IMG/VR virus record: IMGVR_UViG_3300029267_002792
DNA from: a virus
DNA: 64,000 nt
Reading direction: 5' to 3' (one strand)
Shown here: in pieces, positions 10,017 to 19,912 of the stretch
How the letters are laid out: every line of letters starts with the position of its first letter
Position numbering within the stretch: position 1 is the first letter of the stretch
Notes under the pieces: generated by a model
Database searches by the model: none
Told to the model about the DNA's origin: nothing
What the model saw: only the letters and a program-made list of their open reading frames with translations
Made by a program: the position numbers and the translations under genes

Positions 10017-10709
10017 CTACCCTCCTACCCGAAGCTTTGCCAGGTCCCAAGCGTGGTCGTAAACGTGCAACCCTTTCGAGGAGCAAATGATCTCACCTGC
10101 CTCCACTCCGATGGCCTCCGCCATGTACTCCTGCATGAGGCGAATAGCTGCCATGTTCGCCGGGAACCCGTTCCACAGGTCCCAAGATCGGAAGTACGGG
10201 AAAAAGTGAAGCCGGTGGCTCTCCCCCTCCCGCAATCCGTCCGGAGCCACGATCCGCGTGTCGATCTGGCGAAGACAAGGAGGATCGTCCAAAAAGATAT
10301 CCGAAGGCTTGGCCACGGCGATGCATTCCTGATTGGAACCGAATCCGTTACTCCGGTACCTCCGGATGATCGCCTCCATCTGCGCCTTGATCCGCTCGCC
10401 ATAGGTATACTGCTCGTTCTCCGCAAGCGCCGAGTCCTCCATAAGATAAGGCAGGTACTCTTCGACATACTCCATGGTCGTAGGAGGAGGCACATGCGAC
10501 AGGTGTGCAGGCATCTCCGGCACAAGCGGCCGAACTCCTGGGTGTGTGATGTGAATCGTAACCCAGTCAAGCTCCCATCGTTGCTGGCCCTCGTACGACC
10601 CATGCTGGACTGTCCACTTGCGACCCACCTGTAGCACCGACTCCACCGCGAGGAACCAAGCGTCGGGAAGGTCTCGAGCCGAAATTTCTACTGGTATCAA
10701 GGTAACCAT
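10017..10709 (-). CDS. thyA: thymidylate synthase family protein (short form)
   Basis: YTYGER, catalytic PPCL, FRSWDLWNGFPAN, GLHVYD. Confidence 0.8.
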   Translation of the reverse strand: MVTLIPVEISARDLPDAWFLAVESVLQVGRKWTVQHGSYEGQQRWELDWVTIHITHPGVRPLVPEMPAHLSHVPPPTTMEYVEEYLPYLMEDSALAENEQYTYGERIKAQMEAIIRRYRSNGFGSNQECIAVAKPSDIFLDDPPCLRQIDTRIVAPDGLREGESHRLHFFPYFRSWDLWNGFPANMAAIRLMQEYMAEAIGVEAGEIICSSKGLHVYDHAWDLAKLRVGG

Positions 10710-10716
10710 GCGCCCG

Positions 10717-10745
10717 ACCGTACCAACTAGTCACAGGATAGTCAA
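10717..10745 (-). promoter_or_regulatory. sigma70-like promoter, possibly giving leaderless thyA mRNA
   Basis: TTGACT-N17-TACGGT; predicted start falls near the ATG at 10709. Confidence 0.45.
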
Positions 10746-10752
10746 CAACAAA

Positions 10753-12555
10753 CTAATGAATTTCAGCCCAGGACCGACCATTCGACGGATCGACCACAAC
10801 GGGAACGCGTTTGACGAACTTCTCCATCCCCTCAACCATGCTCGAACTGAGCAGGCTCTCCATCTCAGCTACGATTGCATGGTCGTCCGGCACCTCGGTG
10901 ATGATCTCGTCGTGCACGTGGTGAACGATAGCTGCCGGCCCATCAGGGGTCTCCGGAGGAGTGACACCAAAGCGCTTATCGATCCGATCCTGAACAATCG
11001 CCATAGAGGTCTTCAGGGCGTCCGCCCCTGTGCCCTGCACTGGCGTGTTGAAATACTCATTGTGCGACTCGCTCGGGTCCAAATAACGAATGCGCCCGGA
11101 AAGCGTTCTCGAGAACCCGTTTCGCTGCCCATCTCGGAGTACCCTGCGGTGCCAGCGCTCTACGCCGCTGTAGCGCTCGAAATACCTCGCCCGGTACTTC
11201 TTAGCCTGCGACGGAGTCAGAGTCACACCGTAGTTCGACATAGCATAGAGAACGAGTTTGTCCGGCATCATACCGTAGATGAAACCGAAGTTCACAGGCT
11301 TAGCGTTCTGGCGATCTTTTTTAGACACCTGGTCAAGCGGAACCTCGGCAATGACAGCCGCAGTCGCCCTGTGCGCGTCCATGCCCTCCACGAAAACGAG
11401 CGTCAGCGCCTTGTCGCCCGAGATCTCCGCGCACAACCGCATCTCTATCCCGCTGTAGTCTGCCCCGACTAACCGACACCCCTCAGGAGCCTCAAAACAC
11501 TCCCTGAATTCGTCCTCACGGGGTATCTGCTGCATGCTCTTGTTTGCCGAGAACCTACCGGTGGCGAGCATGCCGAAGTAATCTGGGTGGATGCGCCCAT
11601 CCGCCTCAACGTGGCGCAGAAAGGTCAACCCGAAGGTCTTCACCCGCTGCGCGATGTGGCGATAGTCGAGCACCTTCTTCACGAGGGGATACCGACTCGC
11701 GAACTGAGCTAGCACGATCTCTGGCGTAGCCTCGATCTCGAGTCCCAGCTTCTGCAGCGAAGCCAGCATCTGTTTTGGAGAGTCCGCATTCCATTGGCCA
11801 CCGAACCCTGGTAGGGCGAGCTGGTCCTTGGGATGCGGGAGCTTGTACAGCAGTTCTTCGCGAGCATTCGAGCGGAGCACGATGTTCTTCTCGGCGAGCG
11901 CCTTCCATTTGTCCATGTTGAGGGCGAAGCCACTCAATTCGACCCGCCCCTCAGCAAACACAACTCCGAACTCAACAAGAGCCGTCGTGAGTAGGCCGTA
12001 CTGCGTGAGCTTCTGCTTCAGCACGTCTCGCAACCCGGCCAACCGCAGAACGTCCTCGGCCGCATAGTCCTTCTGCTCCTGCGTCAAACGCGATCGTGAC
12101 CAGTTGGAGTCGCCCTGCCCCACATTCACCGGGTGCTCGCCCAGCTCTCGCGTAATCACGGAGTCGAGATCGTGCCTCAGTCCCTTCTTCCCGTTGTAGA
12201 TGATCGAGCTTGCACGGAAGGTGCAGAACACCGGCCATATGCGAAACCGGAATTTCCACCACATCCACTTCTGCTCGAACTTCGCATTGTGGATGACGAA
12301 GATCGCCTTCGTCTCCTGGAGAGCAGAGAACACAGGCCCCAGGGTCTTCGTCTGGTAGAGGTCGATCACATATATTCGACCTCGAGAATCGTTCTCCGGG
12401 CCAGGAACACTCAGCTGGACCAGGCGTATGTCCCCATGACGAGGGTCGAGAGACGTTGTCTCGATATCGAACCCGAGAACAGCCGCCCCTAAGACGTCCC
12501 TGGCAACTCGATCGAGATCGCCAGCCTCAGTGATGTAGTCGTAATCCAGACGCAT
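10753..12555 (-). CDS. polA: family A DNA polymerase with 3'-5' exonuclease, no 5'-3' exonuclease
   Basis: FDIETT, HNAKFE, YAAED; ADYSGIEMR, RQNAKPVNFGFIYG, NTPVQGTGAD, VHDEI. Confidence 0.93.
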   Translation of the reverse strand: MRLDYDYITEAGDLDRVARDVLGAAVLGFDIETTSLDPRHGDIRLVQLSVPGPENDSRGRIYVIDLYQTKTLGPVFSALQETKAIFVIHNAKFEQKWMWWKFRFRIWPVFCTFRASSIIYNGKKGLRHDLDSVITRELGEHPVNVGQGDSNWSRSRLTQEQKDYAAEDVLRLAGLRDVLKQKLTQYGLLTTALVEFGVVFAEGRVELSGFALNMDKWKALAEKNIVLRSNAREELLYKLPHPKDQLALPGFGGQWNADSPKQMLASLQKLGLEIEATPEIVLAQFASRYPLVKKVLDYRHIAQRVKTFGLTFLRHVEADGRIHPDYFGMLATGRFSANKSMQQIPREDEFRECFEAPEGCRLVGADYSGIEMRLCAEISGDKALTLVFVEGMDAHRATAAVIAEVPLDQVSKKDRQNAKPVNFGFIYGMMPDKLVLYAMSNYGVTLTPSQAKKYRARYFERYSGVERWHRRVLRDGQRNGFSRTLSGRIRYLDPSESHNEYFNTPVQGTGADALKTSMAIVQDRIDKRFGVTPPETPDGPAAIVHHVHDEIITEVPDDHAIVAEMESLLSSSMVEGMEKFVKRVPVVVDPSNGRSWAEIH

Positions 12556-12558
12556 AGA

Positions 12559-12966
12559 TCACGCCGCGCGAGCGAGCTTCCTCCGCCCGGACTCGGTGAC
12601 TCGGTACCTACCTCGCTCAACCTTCTCCACTAGGCCTCCCTGCACCAACCGCCGAAGCGAGTTCCGCGTCCAGGAGTTCCCCTTCGCCTTGCTCTGAGAC
12701 TTGAAACACGTCTCGGCCAGCTCCGCGATGGACATGATCGCCCGAACCCCAGAACCCGTCCCGTTGAGCGCCGCGAATACCTTACCCTCCTTCGCATTCA
12801 ACCGGTCCACGGAAAGCTCAATAGCCGCCCCGCCCTGACCGCCTCGAGTCGTGGGTTTCGCGGTGCGCTTTTTCGCAGCCCCGCGCTTCTTAGCCGGCTG
12901 GGCTTTCCGCTTCGCCTTCTGCACAGCTTCGGCCACAGACTTGATCTTGGACGTTCCAGTTGCCAT
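12559..12966 (-). CDS. basic winged-helix DNA-binding protein
   Basis: K/A-rich tail plus SIAELAE...SLRRLVQGGLVEKVERGRYRVT. Confidence 0.55.
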   Translation of the reverse strand: MATGTSKIKSVAEAVQKAKRKAQPAKKRGAAKKRTAKPTTRGGQGGAAIELSVDRLNAKEGKVFAALNGTGSGVRAIMSIAELAETCFKSQSKAKGNSWTRNSLRRLVQGGLVEKVERGRYRVTESGRRKLARAA

Positions 12967-13074
12967 CGTCCGTATTCCTTTCCCTGGGAGTGAATACCCC
13001 CGCCATCCGTGATCGGATTATCACACGTTTGCTCTTGAAATGCAACCGATTCTGTGGACAAAAAGAAGAGCAGA

Positions 13075-13485
13075 TCAAATAGGCCCGGGCTGGAACTTGG
13101 CATGCAACCACGTCAGGATGTCAGCCTGCTCGATCTCATCACCGTCACCGTCGGTACCGAACTCGTCCCAATACCACGCCTGCAGAGCCTCGTCCGTTGA
13201 AACCATGCCTCGGAGATAATCGAACTGACCGATATCGGCCCGCATCCCCTCAAAGCGCCCAAGCGTCAAAGGCTCCAACACCGTTCGGAACCGATCCCCG
13301 ATCACAACAAGCTTCCCCTCAGCCCCTTCAAAAACCCTCCCAAGCACGTCCGTCGAAGGCTTCGTGGTGCTCGCTCGAAGCATCCAGAGCCCACTATTGT
13401 CCGGATAGGGAGTCACCCCCATGACAACTTCCCATGAGTCGTCGCCGTCGACCTTCATCCTGTACACGCGCTTGAAGGGAATCAT
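13075..13485 (-). CDS. hypothetical protein
   Basis: 136-aa ORF coupled to upstream gene. Confidence 0.5.
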   Translation of the reverse strand: MIPFKRVYRMKVDGDDSWEVVMGVTPYPDNSGLWMLRASTTKPSTDVLGRVFEGAEGKLVVIGDRFRTVLEPLTLGRFEGMRADIGQFDYLRGMVSTDEALQAWYWDEFGTDGDGDEIEQADILTWLHAKFQPGPI

Positions 13486-16400
13486 CAGTACCCCAGAGGC
13501 TTCAAGTATTTATTATAAATGGACCCAGCGTTGTCTTCAACCACCACAAAGTCCTCAATAGGTACTTTGTTATGCTCCGTGATGCCCGCCTTCTCACACT
13601 CCTCCAAAACAACCTTCCGAACGGACTCGCTGCTCACACAGGCCCGCTTGATAAGGTGCGGGGGAACCCCCCGACGAATCTGAATTTCCGTGTTCCCCCG
13701 GTGGGTCGCCGAACCACCTCCGTCGAACGACTTGATCGCAGCGCTCATACCTTTGCGGTTCTTGAAATAGTGCCCTTTAGAATGGTGGACCGGGTTCTGA
13801 CACCCAAAAGCATCCCCGGAGGCGATAGAAACATCGAGGCGGTCAAGCAGTTCGGGCGCGATGATCAGTCGAACCGGACGACGGACATTCCCGACAGTAC
13901 TGATCGCGGTGTTCTTCGCCTGAGCAGTGGAAATCCGCATCGTGGTCGTGTCCGCCCCTCCAGTCTCGATATCCGTAGTCTCGGAAGCCCCGGTTCCGCT
14001 ACCTCCGCCAGGAAGCCCCATCCGCACGCGCTCGTGGATACCCGTAGCCGCAGACTTCAGGATTTTTGGAAGGCTCGTCTTGTTGACGTTCCAGAAAACA
14101 AATCGCACCGCTGGTTTCTCCGGAGTTCCTCCTCCAAGCTTCCTCCAGAGGCCTGGAACCATCGCTGCTCCCCGCCCCACCGTCCCTCGCACTTGGCGAA
14201 TCGAATCAATCTCATCTTTCGCGAGGTGCCCCTTGAGCTTCTTCGTGATCGCCTCCGCCGTCATATCCCCACCAGCTACTAACGTCTGATGTGACTTCGG
14301 AGAGAGATACCAGAGGGCTTGTGAGAGGTTGTAGAGTCGCATGTCCTCCTTCGTCGGGTTTTTCATGACCTGACCAGCGACCCCGACCGCCTTCAACATC
14401 TTGTCGAGAACCGACCTCACCTTGTCACCGCCGGATCGGACGATGGCATAGACAGACCCCATGAACGTGTAGGAAGCACTGTCCGTCATAACATAGAGTT
14501 CGTCCTTCCCGAACTTCCAGTGACGCGCAGGCTTCGACAGCGCTCCCGTTTGGTACCCCTCGCTGACCACCAGGGCATCCTGACCACCATCATACGCACC
14601 TAGGGACCACGTGAACGTAGAGGACTTGCCTAGGTTCTGAAGAGAACGCCAATACGGTTCCCGAAGCTTGAAATGGACCCGGTAGTACGTCTCGCCGTCC
14701 TCGACTACCCGCTGCACCGACGCCGTTTGCTGCTCCACCGCATCCGCATCGAGTGTGAAATCACGCCCGAGCGGACCAAGCTGCATTGTATGAACCTTGG
14801 ATAGCCCCTCAATGTCGCCCGGAGAAGCCTCCGGAGCTAACACCTGAGACAGGTATGTGGGGGAACCGAGGTGGTCTGCGTACTTCTGCCCCGGGTCCTG
14901 CTTGATCTCTTGCTCCTTCGTCACGACCTTGTTCAGATCGTCCGCTCGCACAATGACACTGTTGTAGTTCGAGCCAAAGATCGGATTGTTGGGAATAAGA
15001 CCCCCATCCGGATCGTGCGTGGCAGGCTCTACGCCCATCGTGCTCAAAAACTCCTGGACCTTCGTGACTGGCTCCAAGCGATCCACGCGAACCAAAACCA
15101 GCTCGGGGAACTCATTGTGAGGCTTCAAGGCCTTCGGGCCGAATTCGCTCAAAATCCACTCGCGAGCGCTCTGAGAGATAGTCTGGAACTTCGGTCCCAC
15201 CGTCTCCCCCTCAGGGACCCAACCGGTATTGAAAGTGAACTTGCCCTTCTTGCCAGTGCGCTTCTCGTACTGCTCCGTGATGAACTGCTCGAAGTCGTAC
15301 CGGAGAGTGTTCTTCCGGCTCAGCATCTTCTTCACAAAGGCATAGCGATCGTAGGCCTTGGTCGGACCTCGCATGTCATCTCGGGAGGCAGCATAGTCCT
15401 CGAGAGCCGCCTCCATCTTCCGCGGGTCCATCGCCTCCAGATTCTCCAGAGTGGCCTTCATCGCCTCTGGATCAAAACTCATCGAACCATCAGCAAACGC
15501 CTTCCAGAACTTGTTGTAGTAGGGCTCCTGCTCGCCGTACAGGACCGAGTTCGGCTTGTAGTCCGTGGCGAGTCGATCCGACTGAGTAGCGTGATCGACG
15601 TACTTCCAACCCTGCTCCTTGTCGATCCCAACGATCCGACCATCTTTTGTCAGCACTAAGTTCGCAGCAAATGAGTCGTGCTGGGACATGAGCCAATCCA
15701 ACAGGTGTTCAGACGCCACATCGACCTTCTGCTGCTCCGTCAAATCAGCAGGAGGCACTCCAGCGAGATCGGGCTGAGCCTCATCCAAGTCGAGCATCGG
15801 CTGGAGAGTACCGAGCTGGCCTTTGTACTTCACCGTCTCGACCGGAACGTGAGCGTCCGGACGCCCCACAGCAGCGATCGCGGCAAAGGCTTCTTGAGAC
15901 TTCGCCTTGAACGCCTGAGTCTTCTTCGGTCCTGTCTTCGGCAGCGCTGGCTTGAACAGATAGAGCTTGCCCGTCTCCGGATCTCGGAGCCGCGTCTTCT
16001 TGCCAACCCCCTTCAGGCTCGCTGCGCCAATATCCTCCAACGTGTTCGGATCAGGCAGATCCCCTTGGGGCGTCACAAAGACCGCTGTCGGAGGCGCTTT
16101 TGGAGCCGGAGTAGGCTCGGGCTCCGGTTCCTCAGGAACCGCTCCAGATGATTCCAAATCACTCAGACTGAACATCTTCTGCGGACTTGCCGCTGCCCAA
16201 GCACCCATGTCGGGGCGATACGCATACACGTGGTAAAGGCTTACCACCTTCCGCCACTTCGCGTAGACGCCGTTCGGGAGCATCGACAGAACCAGCCCCT
16301 TCGAGACTCCAGAGGTGACCTCGACATACGGGTAGCTGTTCGGGTCAACCGAACCCGTAAGCTTCAATGTGTCCGCAGGCTTTAGATGTGTGTCCTCGGG

Positions 16401-18839
16401 GTGCGCCTTCTCCGTCCCCGACTTCAAGTACATAGCGTTCACATCGTTCAATGTGAACCACTCGGCAGGGACCGACTGATACCACACTGATGGCACCTCA
16501 GGGTTATCCGAAGCCTCATGGTCGTATCGCCGATATGCCTGCTTTGCGAAGTTCCACCGAGCGAAGTCCCCGTTCGGGAGCAAGGTAAAAACTGCCCCGA
16601 TTTGGGAGCCCTCCGTCACCTTGTACGTGGAAAGGCCGTGCACGTCCACCTCCCCCGTAGGCTTCAGACTGAGATGCGCACCCGTCTCAAGGCCCAGGAT
16701 GTCCTGGTTCGTCAAGACCTCGCCGGTCTTCTCAAACACCTTTCCCTTCGTCGGATTCACCTTCAGGACAGCATACTTGCCCTTCGAATACTGAACGAAC
16801 TTCCCGTTCGGGAGGACAATTGCCTCAGTTCCAGCGCTGTCCATCACCTGGGCAAAGTCCTTGCCACCAATCAGAGCTGTTGAGAGCGCTCGATGGTGGC
16901 CAGGAGGAGTCCAAATGTGGGCGGTGTTGTAGAAGCTGTCGCTCGACGCGTCGTACTTGTATAGGATATAGGCACCGTTAGGCCCGGACCACTTGCCAAC
17001 CTTGTTGTCCGGCAACATGCTGTACGTATCTTTGTGGTAGGACCCCGTCGAGTAGCCTTTGGGGTCGCTCTTTCCCGTCGGCTTCAACATCCCAGCCAAA
17101 GCAGCGGATATCGCCGGCTTCTTCGGCGGCGAGGACTTTGCCCAGGTGATGGGCAGTGGCGGTGCAGGAGCTTTCTTCGGCTTCGGCGGAAGCCCTCCGC
17201 CAGCCTGAACCGCCATCTTCTGCACCTGCTTCAAGTTGATCCATTCGGGCGGGTGGGTCGGGTAGTAGTTGTAGTCCCCGAAAATATCCCGCCACTCCCA
17301 GTAGAGGTACTTGTTCGCTTTAGCGTCCCATCGTGAAAGCCGGCTATTCGGGAGGAGTGTCAGCTCGTGCACCTCCTCATCCTCGTCGTCCGGGGTTGAA
17401 ACAACCATCGGAAAGCCATGCAGGTCCTTCTTGGAGATCAGCTTGCAGCCCTCAGGCAACGGATACGCGTGCGTTGAAACCTGAGGCTTGCCCGCCCCGG
17501 CATGGGAGACCTTGTGATAGCGCCCCTTCTTGACCGCCAACGACAGAGCCTGGAGCAGCTGATCCGCCTCATCCACCGTGACCGTGTCCCCATGCTTCGA
17601 GTACATGAACCCGTAATGCGGGTTGTACTCGTACACCAGGTAGTGACCGGCGTTGGGCTTCCACCGGGCAACCCGATCATCCGGCAGGAGCGTGAGCCCT
17701 TTGACTACATCTTCGTCCTCGTAATCTCCCTCTGGCACCTCGTCCACGAGAGGGAGCCCATTCGGGTCCGTCATCCCCGTGTACACCGTCAAGTGCGGGG
17801 CCGGCTCAGGCTCGTCCGACAAAACCATCTTCGTTCCCGGCTCGGGCACAGAAGGGGCACCCTTAGGCGAGGAGGGCTCCTCAGGCTCCGGGGCAGCCTT
17901 GGCCTTAGACTTCTTTGCCTTGGGCTTATTCGGCGGTTCTGGAGCTACTCCGGCCGCCTGCAGCGGCTCGTGCTCCTTGTGAGGTTCATCCGCGTGGACC
18001 CAGTGGTCGGTCACGCTGATCCACTTCACCTTCGTACCATCCGGTGCCGTAGCCACTACGTGCGTCGGCGTCACCTTCTGGACAGCATAATTCGGAGGTA
18101 GCTCAAAATGCTCCGGAGGCTTTGCGTCCGGCTCGTCTTTCCCCGGCACCTGGGGCAGCTTCGGAGGAGCGGCCTGAACATCCCCCAACTTATACTTCGG
18201 AGCGTTCCACACCACCATCATGCCGTCCTCCTCTACGACGGCATAGTAGACCCCCTCCGAAGCGTCCCACTGGCCGAACTTACCGTTAGGAAGGACCGAA
18301 AACTCTTCTCCCGAATTCTCGTCCTCTCCCATCGGATACCCGTTGGGGTCCTTCTCCGCCGTCCAAACAACCCCAGACGGCACCTTCAAAGCTGCAACCT
18401 TTTTCCCAGATGCAGACAGGACGGGGGGCTTGAACTTAGCCTTGACGGAGGCCCCTAGTAGTTGATCCGGCTCCAGCGAATCCCCAGCCTTCCAGGTCGC
18501 TGGGTAGATATCAGCAGGACCCGAGTACGAGGTCGGGTCGATCATTCCGGCATACGTGATCACCTGATTCGGCCACCCCAGCTTCGCGCTGAACTTCTGC
18601 ACGTGCGAGTTCAGCAGCTTCGACGGCCCAACGATCTTCCCACCCGGAGACCGCAACCAAACCCACACGTGGCTTGAAGACCAATCAAAAACAGGAATGA
18701 ATTTCTCAGGGTTTGGCCCTTTCTTCGCTTCTAGCAGGGCCGGCAAGGGCTGTTCCGTGACTTCAGTCATTACACCCATGGTCAAGCCTCTCGAATCGAT
18801 CCACCGGACGACTCTATGAGTACCATAGGTTAGCGACAA
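13485..18839 (-). CDS. 1784-aa multidomain protein: 7 internal repeats, PI3K/HipA-like kinase fold, possible C-terminal ADP-ribosyltransferase-like domain
   Basis: Repeated LLPN..W...Y units; LYLFKP, GTLQP, DWLMSQHDSFAAN, VGIDKE. Confidence 0.65.
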   Translation of the reverse strand: MSLTYGTHRVVRWIDSRGLTMGVMTEVTEQPLPALLEAKKGPNPEKFIPVFDWSSSHVWVWLRSPGGKIVGPSKLLNSHVQKFSAKLGWPNQVITYAGMIDPTSYSGPADIYPATWKAGDSLEPDQLLGASVKAKFKPPVLSASGKKVAALKVPSGVVWTAEKDPNGYPMGEDENSGEEFSVLPNGKFGQWDASEGVYYAVVEEDGMMVVWNAPKYKLGDVQAAPPKLPQVPGKDEPDAKPPEHFELPPNYAVQKVTPTHVVATAPDGTKVKWISVTDHWVHADEPHKEHEPLQAAGVAPEPPNKPKAKKSKAKAAPEPEEPSSPKGAPSVPEPGTKMVLSDEPEPAPHLTVYTGMTDPNGLPLVDEVPEGDYEDEDVVKGLTLLPDDRVARWKPNAGHYLVYEYNPHYGFMYSKHGDTVTVDEADQLLQALSLAVKKGRYHKVSHAGAGKPQVSTHAYPLPEGCKLISKKDLHGFPMVVSTPDDEDEEVHELTLLPNSRLSRWDAKANKYLYWEWRDIFGDYNYYPTHPPEWINLKQVQKMAVQAGGGLPPKPKKAPAPPLPITWAKSSPPKKPAISAALAGMLKPTGKSDPKGYSTGSYHKDTYSMLPDNKVGKWSGPNGAYILYKYDASSDSFYNTAHIWTPPGHHRALSTALIGGKDFAQVMDSAGTEAIVLPNGKFVQYSKGKYAVLKVNPTKGKVFEKTGEVLTNQDILGLETGAHLSLKPTGEVDVHGLSTYKVTEGSQIGAVFTLLPNGDFARWNFAKQAYRRYDHEASDNPEVPSVWYQSVPAEWFTLNDVNAMYLKSGTEKAHPEDTHLKPADTLKLTGSVDPNSYPYVEVTSGVSKGLVLSMLPNGVYAKWRKVVSLYHVYAYRPDMGAWAAASPQKMFSLSDLESSGAVPEEPEPEPTPAPKAPPTAVFVTPQGDLPDPNTLEDIGAASLKGVGKKTRLRDPETGKLYLFKPALPKTGPKKTQAFKAKSQEAFAAIAAVGRPDAHVPVETVKYKGQLGTLQPMLDLDEAQPDLAGVPPADLTEQQKVDVASEHLLDWLMSQHDSFAANLVLTKDGRIVGIDKEQGWKYVDHATQSDRLATDYKPNSVLYGEQEPYYNKFWKAFADGSMSFDPEAMKATLENLEAMDPRKMEAALEDYAASRDDMRGPTKAYDRYAFVKKMLSRKNTLRYDFEQFITEQYEKRTGKKGKFTFNTGWVPEGETVGPKFQTISQSAREWILSEFGPKALKPHNEFPELVLVRVDRLEPVTKVQEFLSTMGVEPATHDPDGGLIPNNPIFGSNYNSVIVRADDLNKVVTKEQEIKQDPGQKYADHLGSPTYLSQVLAPEASPGDIEGLSKVHTMQLGPLGRDFTLDADAVEQQTASVQRVVEDGETYYRVHFKLREPYWRSLQNLGKSSTFTWSLGAYDGGQDALVVSEGYQTGALSKPARHWKFGKDELYVMTDSASYTFMGSVYAIVRSGGDKVRSVLDKMLKAVGVAGQVMKNPTKEDMRLYNLSQALWYLSPKSHQTLVAGGDMTAEAITKKLKGHLAKDEIDSIRQVRGTVGRGAAMVPGLWRKLGGGTPEKPAVRFVFWNVNKTSLPKILKSAATGIHERVRMGLPGGGSGTGASETTDIETGGADTTTMRISTAQAKNTAISTVGNVRRPVRLIIAPELLDRLDVSIASGDAFGCQNPVHHSKGHYFKNRKGMSAAIKSFDGGGSATHRGNTEIQIRRGVPPHLIKRACVSSESVRKVVLEECEKAGITEHNKVPIEDFVVVEDNAGSIYNKYLKPLGY

Positions 18840-18875
18840 ACTCGAAGCCCTTGTAGGAAACGAGACGACAACGCA

Positions 18876-19676
18876 TCAAAAGCAAACGTCGTCTTGGACT
18901 GGCTCAGCCTTCTTCGGGGAGGCGTCTTTCTCAAGGACGTCCGCGAGTGCCTGGAGTGCGGGTCCAACCACAGTGTTGATATCCTTCGCGTGCCCCTTGC
19001 AGTGCGCTCCGATCTTCTTCACCGCCTCGCGCGTCTTCTTATCCATGGAGATGTAGAAGTGCTCCCGGCGGCCGTAAGTGAAGATCATGAACGAGAGCTG
19101 AACCGTGTCCCCGTAGCTCGACCACAGCTCATTGAGAATCCGCTCCAGGTCCTTCAGGGTCTTCGCCTCTTTCGCCTTCTCGGTGAACTCTTTCTGCTTC
19201 TCCTTCGGAAGCGCCGCCTTGGAGAGACCCTGCTTGATACCACTGACAAGCTTGTCCCATGCATTCTGGTCCGTGTAGGCAAACAGATTCTGAAGAGCGT
19301 CCTCCCCGTACTTCTTCGCCATCTGGCGATATAGAATCGCCATCTTGTCTGGATTGACCTTCCCAGTCAGCGCGTTCAGACGAACTGTTACGAGCTTCTG
19401 AAGCTCCTCATCCTGCCACCGGGGTCCCTCCAGCACCATCACCGGAATCGTGCCGAGACGCAGCTCCCTCGCCGCCGCTACGCGATGTTCGCCTCCGACG
19501 ATCCGATACCGACCGCCCTCGATCGGGACGACCTGTACAGGGGCGATGAACCCAACGTCTTCAATCTCCCGAATGAGACGATTGAAGTCGTCCTGCTCCA
19601 TGAAATTCGGGTTCCATGGGTTGTTGTCGAGAAGCCCAGGGTCCAGGTTCTCCAGTCGTGTAGGAACGTCGGTCAT
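18876..19676 (-). CDS. ParB/Srx N-terminal domain protein
   Basis: NPWNPN, GFIAPVQV, YRIVGGEHRVAAA. Confidence 0.8.
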   Translation of the reverse strand: MTDVPTRLENLDPGLLDNNPWNPNFMEQDDFNRLIREIEDVGFIAPVQVVPIEGGRYRIVGGEHRVAAARELRLGTIPVMVLEGPRWQDEELQKLVTVRLNALTGKVNPDKMAILYRQMAKKYGEDALQNLFAYTDQNAWDKLVSGIKQGLSKAALPKEKQKEFTEKAKEAKTLKDLERILNELWSSYGDTVQLSFMIFTYGRREHFYISMDKKTREAVKKIGAHCKGHAKDINTVVGPALQALADVLEKDASPKKAEPVQDDVCF

Positions 19677-19912
19677 CGCTCGGATAGGACTACAGCCAGA
19701 TTCTGGCACTTGCCTGCGACAAGAATCAGCTCCCCGGTGAGCTGACGCATGAAGGCATCCAACTTCGCCTCAGCATCTTGAGTCGGAATGTCGATCCCTG
19801 GGAGTCCCTTCCCCACTGCCTCCCGCCACTTCTTCACGAGCTTCTCCACGCTCTCCAGCTCCTCGTGAATGTTGTCTGGAGACACAGGCAGCGTTATACC
19901 AACGTCCGTCAT
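19673..19912 (-). CDS. hypothetical protein
   Basis: 79-aa ORF with 4-nt overlaps on both sides. Confidence 0.55.
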   Translation of the reverse strand: MTDVGITLPVSPDNIHEELESVEKLVKKWREAVGKGLPGIDIPTQDAEAKLDAFMRQLTGELILVAGKCQNLAVVLSER

